Shown: piece after piece, positions 35,353 to 43,753 of the stretch | How the letters are laid out: each line of letters starts with the position of its first letter | How positions within the stretch are numbered: position 1 is the first letter of the stretch | The notes under the pieces: model-generated | Told to the model about the DNA's origin: nothing | Seen by the model: the letters and a program-made list of their open reading frames with translations, nothing else | Database searches by the model: none | Virus record (IMG/VR): IMGVR_UViG_3300025383_000009 | Source of the DNA: a virus | Lineage: Duplodnaviria > Caudoviricetes | DNA length: 64,000 bases | Direction: 5' to 3' (one strand) | Program-made: the position numbers and the translations under genes

Positions 35353-35535
35353 AGTATTTCTCCTTTGTTTATAAAAATTTATAAACTCAGATCGTTAGAG
35401 AGAACGGCTTTTAACTCAGACATTCAAGGTCTAACTTGAGGCTCATATTCCTGTAGAGTTTCCCCTACATTACTATCTATACAATACTCTTAAAAAGAGA
35501 CTAGTTAAAAGTATTAATACTTAGTAATCCTGTGC

Positions 35536-35979
35536 TTAATATTCTGTATCAGATTTAGGCATCCTTTTGATGCCACCAATGTTATATTTTGGTACGAGTT
35601 CCCACTCACCCTTCTCTTTAAAGGACACTACCTTTATCTGAGATAAGCTAGCTTTTGGTTCTGCCTTAGACTTATCAAGGATCTTCAGCAGACCCCAGTC
35701 TTGAAGGAGTTCAGCAATGATATTGCGTCTCTCAATGTCAGACATGGAGATATCCGATTCCTTGCCATCTAGGGCAAATAATTCTTTGAAATGTACAATG
35801 AAGTACTTTCCTTGTTTATGTAGTATGTGGCATGATTGGAATAGCTTTTTGTCTTTTCGACTTGCTATACCTATGCGAGTTAGAGTCTCTCTGACTTTGA
35901 GGAAGTTATCCGGTTCGATCAAGTCAACTTCTAACATTGCATCTGGTGTCCAATCATAATATATCATGATACTTGTCAT
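35536..35979 (-). CDS. regA: Translational repressor RegA
   Basis: PDNFLKVRETLTRIGIAS..K.L.QSCHILHKQGKYFIVHFKELFALDG. Confidence 0.97.
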   Translation of the reverse strand: MTSIMIYYDWTPDAMLEVDLIEPDNFLKVRETLTRIGIASRKDKKLFQSCHILHKQGKYFIVHFKELFALDGKESDISMSDIERRNIIAELLQDWGLLKILDKSKAEPKASLSQIKVVSFKEKGEWELVPKYNIGGIKRMPKSDTEY

Positions 35980-36009
35980 TATAAATCTTTCTTTATTGAT
36001 TACATTATA

Positions 36010-36017
36010 TATTTATA
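36010..36017 (-). promoter_or_regulatory. Late promoter TATAAATA
   Basis: Exact motif upstream of regA. Confidence 0.65.
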
Positions 36018-36023
36018 AGACTA

Positions 36024-36404
36024 TTAGTTTCTACCACCCTTATCATAGGCTTGCCTGATCTCCTCCATCTGCATTGTGGATAGGATACTGAGGACTTCAT
36101 GTGCTCTCTTCTCAGAGTAGTTATAGTGCTTCATGATAAGCTTGACCTGATCTGTGGTTGCATCCCTCTTATGCCACTTGGAGAACCTCTTCTTTTTAGG
36201 GATAGAGTTCTTGAGGAATTCAAACTGCCACTGTGTAGGGATCTGGGCGTGCATGTTCATCTCGTTGGCATACATCACTGTATCCGGGAAGAACGATAAC
36301 CCACGGTTGATCATGAAGGGAGCATAGTCCTTGGATGCCTGTGGATCCTGGAATAAGTCCTTCTTGTTCTCGTTTATGGCATTAAGGAAATCAAATGGTG
36401 TCAT
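36024..36404 (-). CDS. gp62: Clamp loader small subunit
   Basis: PFDFLNAIN, FMINRGLS, ANEMN, YNYSEKRA. Confidence 0.92.
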   Translation of the reverse strand: MTPFDFLNAINENKKDLFQDPQASKDYAPFMINRGLSFFPDTVMYANEMNMHAQIPTQWQFEFLKNSIPKKKRFSKWHKRDATTDQVKLIMKHYNYSEKRAHEVLSILSTMQMEEIRQAYDKGGRN

Positions 36405-36585
36405 TTACCCATTCCTCTGCTGCAGCTTCTGCGATATCTTCATCTAACTGAGAATCTCTACTGATTAACTTACCGTCTTGGTATAGTTCTGCTATAAACC
36501 ATCTACCCCACTTATTAACCTTTGCTGTCTTGCCATTATCTTGGCCAAAGTATTCACTTAAAAATACTGTCTCAATATTACTCAT
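36391..36585 (-). CDS. Hypothetical protein
   Basis: Coupled between neighbours. Confidence 0.6.
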   Translation of the reverse strand: MSNIETVFLSEYFGQDNGKTAKVNKWGRWFIAELYQDGKLISRDSQLDEDIAEAAAEEWVNDTI

Positions 36586-36887
36586 TTTAAACCTACCTCT
36601 TCAAGATTTTGTTTGTTTGCCATGAAATTTGTATCGGGAAACCGTTTTTGTAGTAATGCGGTTATCTCGCCTCTTGTATTACCTTGTGCTAAGAACTGTT
36701 GGGTGTCTCTATTATATGCTAGTATGGCATGTTCCATCTTAACAAAGTTTATATTAACTATCTTTTTTTGAGGTAATGGAGCATCAGCAATATTACCTAA
36801 GATCTTTTGCACTTTATAATATATAAGGATCTTAAGTGCTATCCAACCTAAAAAGAATCCTGAGACAAACGTAAGAAAATAGTTCAT
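36582..36887 (-). CDS. Membrane-anchored hypothetical protein
   Basis: N-terminal hydrophobic helix; FLAQG motif. Confidence 0.6.
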   Translation of the reverse strand: MNYFLTFVSGFFLGWIALKILIYYKVQKILGNIADAPLPQKKIVNINFVKMEHAILAYNRDTQQFLAQGNTRGEITALLQKRFPDTNFMANKQNLEEVGLK

Positions 36888-37093
36888 GCCTTCCCTTCGA
36901 ATGGTGGAGTCCCACCGTTTTTAATATACTCGTCATAGCTACGCATCTTAACATTATGGATAGCTATCGCTGTTTCACGGATATTCTCCATCTTGTCTCC
37001 AGCTGGGTTTGACTGTACAAAACCTCGTTCGATTAGGTATGATGCTTTGTCCCAATCGTCTGAGTCGTATTCTCTTTTTACTTCATCTTGCAT
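36884..37093 (-). CDS. Hypothetical protein
   Basis: Coupled between neighbours. Confidence 0.55.
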   Translation of the reverse strand: MQDEVKREYDSDDWDKASYLIERGFVQSNPAGDKMENIRETAIAIHNVKMRSYDEYIKNGGTPPFEGKA

Positions 37094-38010
37094 GATGACA
37101 TAACCTCCGTAAGTGCAGCCATGAGGTTTAGTTCATGATCTGCAACGAACGCAGCCTTATACTGATAGTCAGCAAGTATCAATACTAATTGTGGGATACT
37201 AGCTGGCTCCATGTTTACTGAAGCTGTGTCGTATAGTTGTCTAAAGATATTTATAGTCTCTGAGTCTCCGTTCTTAGCTACCCACTTCCTAACTTCTGTG
37301 AAGTTCTTTTCCTTCATGTTGTTGATGAGTTGCTTGAATGAGTCTTCAGTCATGTTTACAAGGATGCCAGCATCGATCTTACCTGACACTGAATATCTCT
37401 GTAATTCGTTTAGTACACGTCTCCAATCAGGAAAGTGTTTAGTGACCAACTCTGCTACCACCTTCTGGTCTGCTTCAACGTTCTCTTGCTTTAAGATGTT
37501 CATGGTACGTTTGAAGAAGGACGCTGCGATCTCTTGCTTCTCTGTATTCTCGATCTTAAAGTCAATGACTGAACATCTACTATGTAACGGCTCGATGATA
37601 CGGTTCTTATAGTTACATGTAAAGATGAAACGACAGTTGTTAGAGAACTCTTCGATGAATGCTCTAAGCGCTGGTTGTGTAGAATTTGGGTTTAGATAGT
37701 CTGCTTCGTCTAGTATGATGACCTTCTTAGCGTCAGTCAACGATACTGTTGAGGCAAAGGATTTGATCTTGGTTCGAAGGACATCGATACCAGATTCTTC
37801 GGATCCGTTTATGAGAAGATACTCGGCTCCGATCTCGTTACATAATGCTTTGGCAACGGTGGTCTTACCCACACCTGCCGTACCACAAAATAAGAAGTTA
37901 GGCAGTTCACCGGTTTGGACGAACTGCTTGAATGTTTCTTTTAAGTTCTTTGGTAAAATACAATCTTCGATCGTCTGAGGTCTGTAGCGTTCAACCCATA
38001 AATATTCCAT
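37078..38010 (-). CDS. gp44: Clamp loader large subunit
   Basis: LWVERYRP, GTAGVGKT, ILDEAD, PLHSRC. Confidence 0.97.
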   Translation of the reverse strand: MEYLWVERYRPQTIEDCILPKNLKETFKQFVQTGELPNFLFCGTAGVGKTTVAKALCNEIGAEYLLINGSEESGIDVLRTKIKSFASTVSLTDAKKVIILDEADYLNPNSTQPALRAFIEEFSNNCRFIFTCNYKNRIIEPLHSRCSVIDFKIENTEKQEIAASFFKRTMNILKQENVEADQKVVAELVTKHFPDWRRVLNELQRYSVSGKIDAGILVNMTEDSFKQLINNMKEKNFTEVRKWVAKNGDSETINIFRQLYDTASVNMEPASIPQLVLILADYQYKAAFVADHELNLMAALTEVMSSCKMK

Positions 38011-38034
38011 AATATCTCCATAATATAAATTAGC

Positions 38035-38712
38035 TTACGCTTCAAATGTTGAATCAGCTTCAACTGCTACATAATACACTAGATCACCTGCGCCTTTAAA
38101 GCGTGAGATCTTTTTAGATGAGATAGAAACATCATAGTCACCTGGTACCATCTTAAGGTTCTCGATCTTGAGGTTCACCTTAAACACCGATGTTGTCGTA
38201 CCTAAGGTATATGTATATGCATTTGATGTTGCATTCTTCTTATCACCCACGACCACTTGGATGGTTGATCCATCACCCAACAGTGCAACATCTGTAGACT
38301 TGAGGATTGGTGCGGTCTTGAGGATCATAGCTAATACGTTTGCTTCAAGCTTGAAGTTGATCTCTGCATCGGGGAATACGATCTCTTTCTTAGGTACAAC
38401 GATAGAGTTAGGTGCTGCAGCAAAGTACTTGATACTGCTGTTACCTTGTTTCACTGTCACTGTCTTTTCAGAGAACTCAAGATCTGGATCCTCAAATAAT
38501 GATAGCACAGCAAGGAACTCGTTCACATCATAGATACCGAACTCATTAGGGAATGTTTCAGTAACTGTACATGATGACATGATGGTGTTACTTACTGCAA
38601 TTGTAGATAGTACATTGCCTGGTTTAAATAACAAGTTGTTATTGATTGAGGCATAGTTTTTAATCAGTGCCAATGTTTCTTTACTTAGTTTCATTATATT
38701 TTCCTTCATCAA
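38035..38712 (-). CDS. gp45: Sliding clamp
   Basis: MKLSKETL..IKNYASIN, FGIYDVNEFL, YDVSIS. Confidence 0.95.
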   Translation of the reverse strand: MMKENIMKLSKETLALIKNYASINNNLLFKPGNVLSTIAVSNTIMSSCTVTETFPNEFGIYDVNEFLAVLSLFEDPDLEFSEKTVTVKQGNSSIKYFAAAPNSIVVPKKEIVFPDAEINFKLEANVLAMILKTAPILKSTDVALLGDGSTIQVVVGDKKNATSNAYTYTLGTTTSVFKVNLKIENLKMVPGDYDVSISSKKISRFKGAGDLVYYVAVEADSTFEA

Positions 38713-39019
38713 GATCTAACATAAACATTAAACAACAAATCGCATGAGCTATATGATTGACTCCTGTTTCAGGATCATACATCTCACCTTCTTTATATGC
38801 CCACAGGTGTCTCTGTGCTGCATCAAAATACCTACGATTGCCATCTGGTACTCTACGCCAATTATCAGGCTCATACTTCTCTGCGCCAAATGTCAATACT
38901 TTAACAGTCTCGCGTAAAGCGAGAGGTGGAATAAGTCCATATTGCAACTTACCACCATCGAATTTGCGTCCACCTTTGTGGTCTTTACTCTGCGAAATCT
39001 TTAATTCGTCTTTAGTCAT
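38681..39019 (-). CDS. DUF5664-like dATP/dGTP diphosphohydrolase domain protein
   Basis: KFDGGKLQYGLIP...VLTFGAEKY..DNWR...HIAHAICCL. Confidence 0.85.
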   Translation of the reverse strand: MTKDELKISQSKDHKGGRKFDGGKLQYGLIPPLALRETVKVLTFGAEKYEPDNWRRVPDGNRRYFDAAQRHLWAYKEGEMYDPETGVNHIAHAICCLMFMLDLDEGKYNETK

Positions 39020-39109
39020 CGTGTCTCCTCTGTTTAGAACTCTCAGTTAAGAACTCTAAAGAGAGGAGGCATTGCGCCTCCTCGAACTGACTTACTAGAG
39101 AATTGACTC

Positions 39110-39361
39110 TTAGAATGCTGAACCACCTAATACAGCATAAGCTGCAGCAATCATTTTACGGCTTGGTGTACCTAATCTGTAACGAGTAGTTGATTCACCA
39201 TTCCAAAGTGTAGAATTGTTTGCATAAACTGCATAACCCTTCATACGTAATTGACGAACTGCTTCATGCGGGTTAGCAAGACCAAATCGTGCAGTGATTT
39301 GTTTAGCAGTTACTGTTTTACCTGATTTAAGGTAATTGATTAATGATGTTGTTGCTGACAT
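39110..39361 (-). CDS. Small winged-HTH DNA-binding protein
   Basis: VTAKQITARFGLANP...VRQLRMKGYAVY; AAGGAG RBS supports start MSATTSL. Confidence 0.7.
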   Translation of the reverse strand: MSATTSLINYLKSGKTVTAKQITARFGLANPHEAVRQLRMKGYAVYANNSTLWNGESTTRYRLGTPSRKMIAAAYAVLGGSAF

Positions 39362-39490
39362 ACTATTACTCCTTGAAATTGCGACGTTACGGGAAATGCT
39401 GATAAGATTGTCGCTTGTCTTACCGAATACTGTACCATTATACACTGGTTTTGAATTAAAGTTAAATAATTTTTTTAAGTTCATAATATA

Positions 39491-39826
39491 TTATGGCTTT
39501 AGGCCATACTCCTTGATCACGTTATTTAATAATGGTGAGAACTTAGATAAGTCAATCACCGCTTCTACATTTCCACTGAGGTAATCCTCCATCTCCGATT
39601 CAGTGGGGACCGGAAATCCATAAACACTTTTCAACTTCTTATTCTCTGCTACTATAAGCCAATTAGGATAGCCTAACTTGGGACATCCATCTTCTCTGGC
39701 ATCGACCATAATCTTATGATAGTCTTTTATCTGAGTAAGATCTATAGTCTCATCAGAGTGATTGAAGCGATTCATCACCTCAATCACGTACATCTTTTGT
39801 GTTGGCTTTAGTTCTTTAAATTGCAT
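39491..39826 (-). CDS. Hypothetical protein
   Basis: Coupled to the AAA gene. Confidence 0.6.
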   Translation of the reverse strand: MQFKELKPTQKMYVIEVMNRFNHSDETIDLTQIKDYHKIMVDAREDGCPKLGYPNWLIVAENKKLKSVYGFPVPTESEMEDYLSGNVEAVIDLSKFSPLLNNVIKEYGLKP

Positions 39827-41042
39827 CGTTTGTAACCGTAGTTGTTACTGTTTGGCTAGCTGTAGCTGCATTATAAGCATCTGATATAGTTGCATAAGCT
39901 GCAGCATCACTACTATTCACTGGATCATGTAACACTTCTGGTGCTGGGTTTGATATCTTATCAAATACATCCATGAATGCAGCTTTAGTTTGTGGATCGA
40001 AACGGTTACAACATAACTCGATCGCTTTCTCTTTCTTTTTGAAGATTGAGAATGCTCGTACGATATGAGTCATACGACGGGTTGTGATGGTCTCGTCTAC
40101 ACCACCGTCTTCGAATGTGCGACGGATAGCATCAGCCCATTTAATCAATGTGTCTGCAAAGTCTTGGTCCTCACAGTTATAATGCTTCATAAGGTTCTTA
40201 ACGATCTTCATCTCGACTGATGCATTAGGATACTCTTGTTCGAATGTCACTGCGAAACGCTCGAGGAATGCTTCGTTAAGTACGTTTGTGCCGATGTATC
40301 GGCCATCGTCTGAACCTTTACCCTTTGTGTTAGCTGTAGCAATGATGTTAAAGCCAGCAGCTGGAACTATAACCTCGTTCTTAAGCTTGAAGTAGTAAGG
40401 CTTGCCTTCGAGGATAGGCTGTAAACACAATAGTGTGTTAGCTGAACCAGCATCCACTTCGTCAAGCAATAATGTATAACCGTTACGTAGAGCAATCAAT
40501 ACTGGGCCTTCCACGATCTCCACGTTACCATTAATAAGTGTCTTAGCACCAATAAGTTGCTCTTCGTCAGACATCATGTTAAGGTTAACACGAATAAGTG
40601 GCTTACCAAATTTAGCGCAGATCTGCTCGATCATGGTTGACTTACCGTTACCCGTAGGGCCGGAAATATAAGATGGATAGAAAAGTCCAGCTTTGATGAT
40701 CATCTCGAGATCTGAATAGTTGCCAAATGGTACATAGTTTGGGTCCTTGGCTGGGATTAATGTCTCAGGTCTATCGAAGTTTACGATGGCTTGGCTTTCA
40801 ATTTTTACTGGGGTTTGAACCACTGAAAGCACTGGCTTTGGAATTACTGAAGGCACCTTCACGTTATAAACACCACGTGACACCTGACCAGCAATCATGA
40901 ACCAAGGCATAGTATCATAACCTAATGAATTTACCACTGTCATAAGATCGGTCTTACTGATCTCAGGGGTTTTAACTAGACCTGGATAGGTCTCGAATAG
41001 TTTAGCTTGAACTTCAAGCTTTTGTTCACTTTTATATCTCAT
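39816..41042 (-). CDS. CobS/MoxR-like AAA+ ATPase
   Basis: GPTGNGKS, LLLDEVD, ATANTKG.G, NEAFLERF. Confidence 0.92.
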   Translation of the reverse strand: MRYKSEQKLEVQAKLFETYPGLVKTPEISKTDLMTVVNSLGYDTMPWFMIAGQVSRGVYNVKVPSVIPKPVLSVVQTPVKIESQAIVNFDRPETLIPAKDPNYVPFGNYSDLEMIIKAGLFYPSYISGPTGNGKSTMIEQICAKFGKPLIRVNLNMMSDEEQLIGAKTLINGNVEIVEGPVLIALRNGYTLLLDEVDAGSANTLLCLQPILEGKPYYFKLKNEVIVPAAGFNIIATANTKGKGSDDGRYIGTNVLNEAFLERFAVTFEQEYPNASVEMKIVKNLMKHYNCEDQDFADTLIKWADAIRRTFEDGGVDETITTRRMTHIVRAFSIFKKKEKAIELCCNRFDPQTKAAFMDVFDKISNPAPEVLHDPVNSSDAAAYATISDAYNAATASQTVTTTVTNDAI

Positions 41043-41075
41043 AATGTAGTCTCTCCGTTATCAATTAACAAAACC

Positions 41076-41153
41076 ATTATATACTGAATATGAATTAATG
41101 TACATAGGCCCTAAATATATGATTCCAATAGTCTTTTTCATAAGTTATTGATT
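41076..41153 (-). promoter_or_regulatory. Early promoter plus IHF-consensus box
   Basis: -10 at 41076-41081, TGTACA at 41099-41104; AATCAATAACTTA at 41141-41153. Confidence 0.7.
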
Positions 41154-41162
41154 TCATTAGCT

Positions 41163-43274
41163 TTATGCCACCAGCCCTATAAACTGATTAAGCAATATGC
41201 GACTGGTCTTCTTATTTGAGAGCATCTTGGTGAGCTCCCGGGCGATCCTGGATGCGCTTTCCTTTTTACCTATAGAAAGCTCTTTGTCATCCTCAATCTT
41301 AGCTCTGGATTCAGCCACTATGAAGAGCTCGTCCCGACCTGTATCCTTCATTGATGCAAAGCCATTCTTACGAAGATCTCTCTTCATGTCTTCGATACCC
41401 ATAGCTGAGATGTGTGAGCCATGACCATAATGAGCTACGAATGCATTGTGTAGATATCTGAACGTTGGTCGTGTGATGTAAAATCCTACAGTAGTGATAG
41501 CATGTCTATCCTTAATCATCTGTAAGAGTGACTTAGTTTGCTCTGCGTTCTCTGACATTGGATAGTTCTTACGAGTTACTGTATCAGATAAGAACGGCTT
41601 GACAGTAACATAGTCTTTGCCATTATAGTTTCGTTTCATCCTGATCTGATCAAATCCAGTTCTTAAGTACTCGCCTTCACCGTCAGTCAATGTGATGAGC
41701 GTCATCTTTTCTGTACCGTTCTTACTCTTAAATTCTGGGATGTAGTTGTATAACCATGCTAACGCAGAATTCAATGGAGTACCAGATGTTTTAAAGTTGT
41801 GAAGGTTATAGAATAACCTTGATAAAGTGATGGTGATCATCTTATTAAATTCTGATTGAGTCATCTTAGATGAGAATAACTCCATCATAGTAAGACCAAA
41901 CGTGTCAACTTCAGATTCACCTGCTGTCATCATACGGGTACCATCAGCGTTTCTGTACTTAGTATCAGACCAACCGTTTGTGAATGCAAATACTTGGAAT
42001 GGGATCTGAGCACCTCTACAAAACATTGCTAATGATACGACTTGCTCGATCGTTGGTCTTAACACATGATCCATTGAAGCTGACCAATCCAATAAGAATA
42101 TCATACCATGACTTTTACCGTTAGGGATAGACATCACTTGTTTGAATATGTCATCGTTTAGTTTATAAGCATAAAGCTTTTTACCATCCAATGAACCAGT
42201 CTTTGCGACCTTAGCACGTTTATAGTTTTGTGCTGACTTACGCATCTCGAATTCTTTTACTAAGTAGCTAACTACGTTCTTAGATGATGCTTTAAACTTC
42301 TCAGCGCGTTCTACGTCATCATCATTAATTACTGAAGCACCGCTAGCATTCCATTCTGCTTCATATTCTGCATGCTCTGCAAATACTTCTTTATAGGTAA
42401 CCATTGGATTGACCTTAAATTGTTTAGGGATAGTGATGTACTTGTATTCGATTGAAGTATCAGCTAATTCTTGAAGCTTCTTATCTAAGTTCTTTTCAGT
42501 TTGTGACTCTAACTGATCTTCGAGTGAGTCTTCAAGGTCTTGAAGCGGATCCGTTTTGGTTGATGGTGATGATTGCTCGTCTTCGATCTGATCAGTCTCT
42601 TCCTCATCTGCATCAAAGTCTTGCATCTGTGAATTACCTTGCTCTTCAGACTCTTCTTCTTCAAATTCTTCGTGATCGTCTGACAATGCTTTCATCTGTT
42701 CGATCTTGTCTTCCATAGCTTTCTTAGAATAGTCATAGATCTCTTTAGCTAACGCGATCACATCTTTACATGTCTCAGTCTCTTCAGCACGTCTTACGAA
42801 TGCTTTCTCTTCAGCATTAAAAGTAACACCGCATGAATAACCAGCTTTGAAATATAGGTTGATCTTATCGATGAGTAACATATCTTTGAAACCGTTAGCT
42901 ACACCAAAGAAGTCTCGATTATTAAGTTCTTTATAACCTAAGTTGAATGACTTACGAAGACCAGGATATCTGCGCTTCATAAGCTTCTCGATACGTACAT
43001 CCTCAAGCACGTTCATATAGCCTGAGAAGTGAGGGGTATCTTTATAAGGGTTTTTAGTTGAATACTCTTCAAGAGTAGTGTAAAGCGCGTGACCTACTTC
43101 ATGACCAACTAACATATCAATAAGATCGTTAGTCATGTCCTTCCATTGTGGAAGTCTTAGGACACGATTTTTGATGTCAAACGATGCTGTAGATACAGGT
43201 GCCTGTATAACAGTAAGGTTTTCGTTTGCTAATAATTTTGCTACTAAGTCAGTTTTTGTCATCAATCTCTCCAA
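41163..43274 (-). CDS. CobT-like protein: HExxH peptidase-like N-terminus and VWA domain
   Basis: HEVGH, NVLEDVRIE, LDWSASM MIDAS motif, GTPL, LTDGE. Confidence 0.85.
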   Translation of the reverse strand: MERLMTKTDLVAKLLANENLTVIQAPVSTASFDIKNRVLRLPQWKDMTNDLIDMLVGHEVGHALYTTLEEYSTKNPYKDTPHFSGYMNVLEDVRIEKLMKRRYPGLRKSFNLGYKELNNRDFFGVANGFKDMLLIDKINLYFKAGYSCGVTFNAEEKAFVRRAEETETCKDVIALAKEIYDYSKKAMEDKIEQMKALSDDHEEFEEEESEEQGNSQMQDFDADEEETDQIEDEQSSPSTKTDPLQDLEDSLEDQLESQTEKNLDKKLQELADTSIEYKYITIPKQFKVNPMVTYKEVFAEHAEYEAEWNASGASVINDDDVERAEKFKASSKNVVSYLVKEFEMRKSAQNYKRAKVAKTGSLDGKKLYAYKLNDDIFKQVMSIPNGKSHGMIFLLDWSASMDHVLRPTIEQVVSLAMFCRGAQIPFQVFAFTNGWSDTKYRNADGTRMMTAGESEVDTFGLTMMELFSSKMTQSEFNKMITITLSRLFYNLHNFKTSGTPLNSALAWLYNYIPEFKSKNGTEKMTLITLTDGEGEYLRTGFDQIRMKRNYNGKDYVTVKPFLSDTVTRKNYPMSENAEQTKSLLQMIKDRHAITTVGFYITRPTFRYLHNAFVAHYGHGSHISAMGIEDMKRDLRKNGFASMKDTGRDELFIVAESRAKIEDDKELSIGKKESASRIARELTKMLSNKKTSRILLNQFIGLVA

Positions 43275-43285
43275 TTAATATAACC

Positions 43286-43363
43286 ATTATACTATAAGGG
43301 CTATTTAATGTACATAGCCCTTAAGTTATTGATTTATATAGATAATTATGTAAGTTATTGATT
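43286..43363 (-). promoter_or_regulatory. Early promoter plus two IHF-consensus boxes
   Basis: -10 at 43286-43291, TGTACA at 43309-43314; boxes at 43322-43334 and 43351-43363. Confidence 0.7.
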
Positions 43364-43519
43364 TTATTGAGGATTTAATTCATGAAGAGTAATTTGTTTT
43401 TGCTCAATTTGGGGGTTATTTTGTAAGAATTTTTTTAAGTTTTGCTCAGTAGTGAATAATTCGATAAATGTATGATTTGAATAGATGTCACGGGCATGTA
43501 AAATAAAAATGTTTGTCAT
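43364..43519 (-). CDS. 51-aa early protein missing from ORF track
   Basis: AAGGAGA RBS; MTNIFILHARDIYSNHTFIELFTTEQNLKKFLQNNPQIEQKQITLHELNPQ*. Confidence 0.65.
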   Translation of the reverse strand: MTNIFILHARDIYSNHTFIELFTTEQNLKKFLQNNPQIEQKQITLHELNPQ

Positions 43520-43546
43520 ATTTAGATCTCCTTAATTAATAGAACC

Positions 43547-43655
43547 ATTATACCTAAAATGCTATTTAATGTACACATTTATTTTTAACACGCAGGACCA
43601 GGGATCCGGGATACCAGCATACACCCATTATCTCACAAATATGATTTAATGTACA
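43547..43655 (-). promoter_or_regulatory. Two tandem early promoters
   Basis: TGTACA-N17-TATAAT at 43547-43575 and TGTACA-N17-GATAAT at 43627-43655. Confidence 0.7.
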
Positions 43656-43705
43656 TAGGCCCTCCCTCCATGTAAGGTACATTAACCTATCTAGTCAAAA
43701 AATGG

Positions 43706-43753
43706 GCTGTCCTGGGAGCTGCCGGGCACTTGTCTATATAAATCAATAACTTA
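43706..43753. repeat. Inverted copy of the GC-rich element plus IHF-consensus box
   Basis: Element at 43706-43729; AATCAATAACTTA at 43741-43753; TTGTCTATAT-nn-ATCAATAACTT shared with the 24131-24153 region. Confidence 0.8.

Noticed and set aside
35360-35535. Glutamine riboswitch or tRNA
   Set aside because: I could not match the conserved cores or a cloverleaf; kept only as an unnamed structured leader. No tRNA was recognised in the intergenic regions I inspected.
38681-39019. Evidence for a Z-base (diaminopurine) genome
   Set aside because: No PurZ is in the window, and DUF5664-like genes are widespread without it.
39816-43274. Cobalamin biosynthesis (cobS/cobT) as an auxiliary pathway
   Set aside because: MoxR-AAA/VWA pairs are common in T4-like phages, and there is no cobN or other cob gene.
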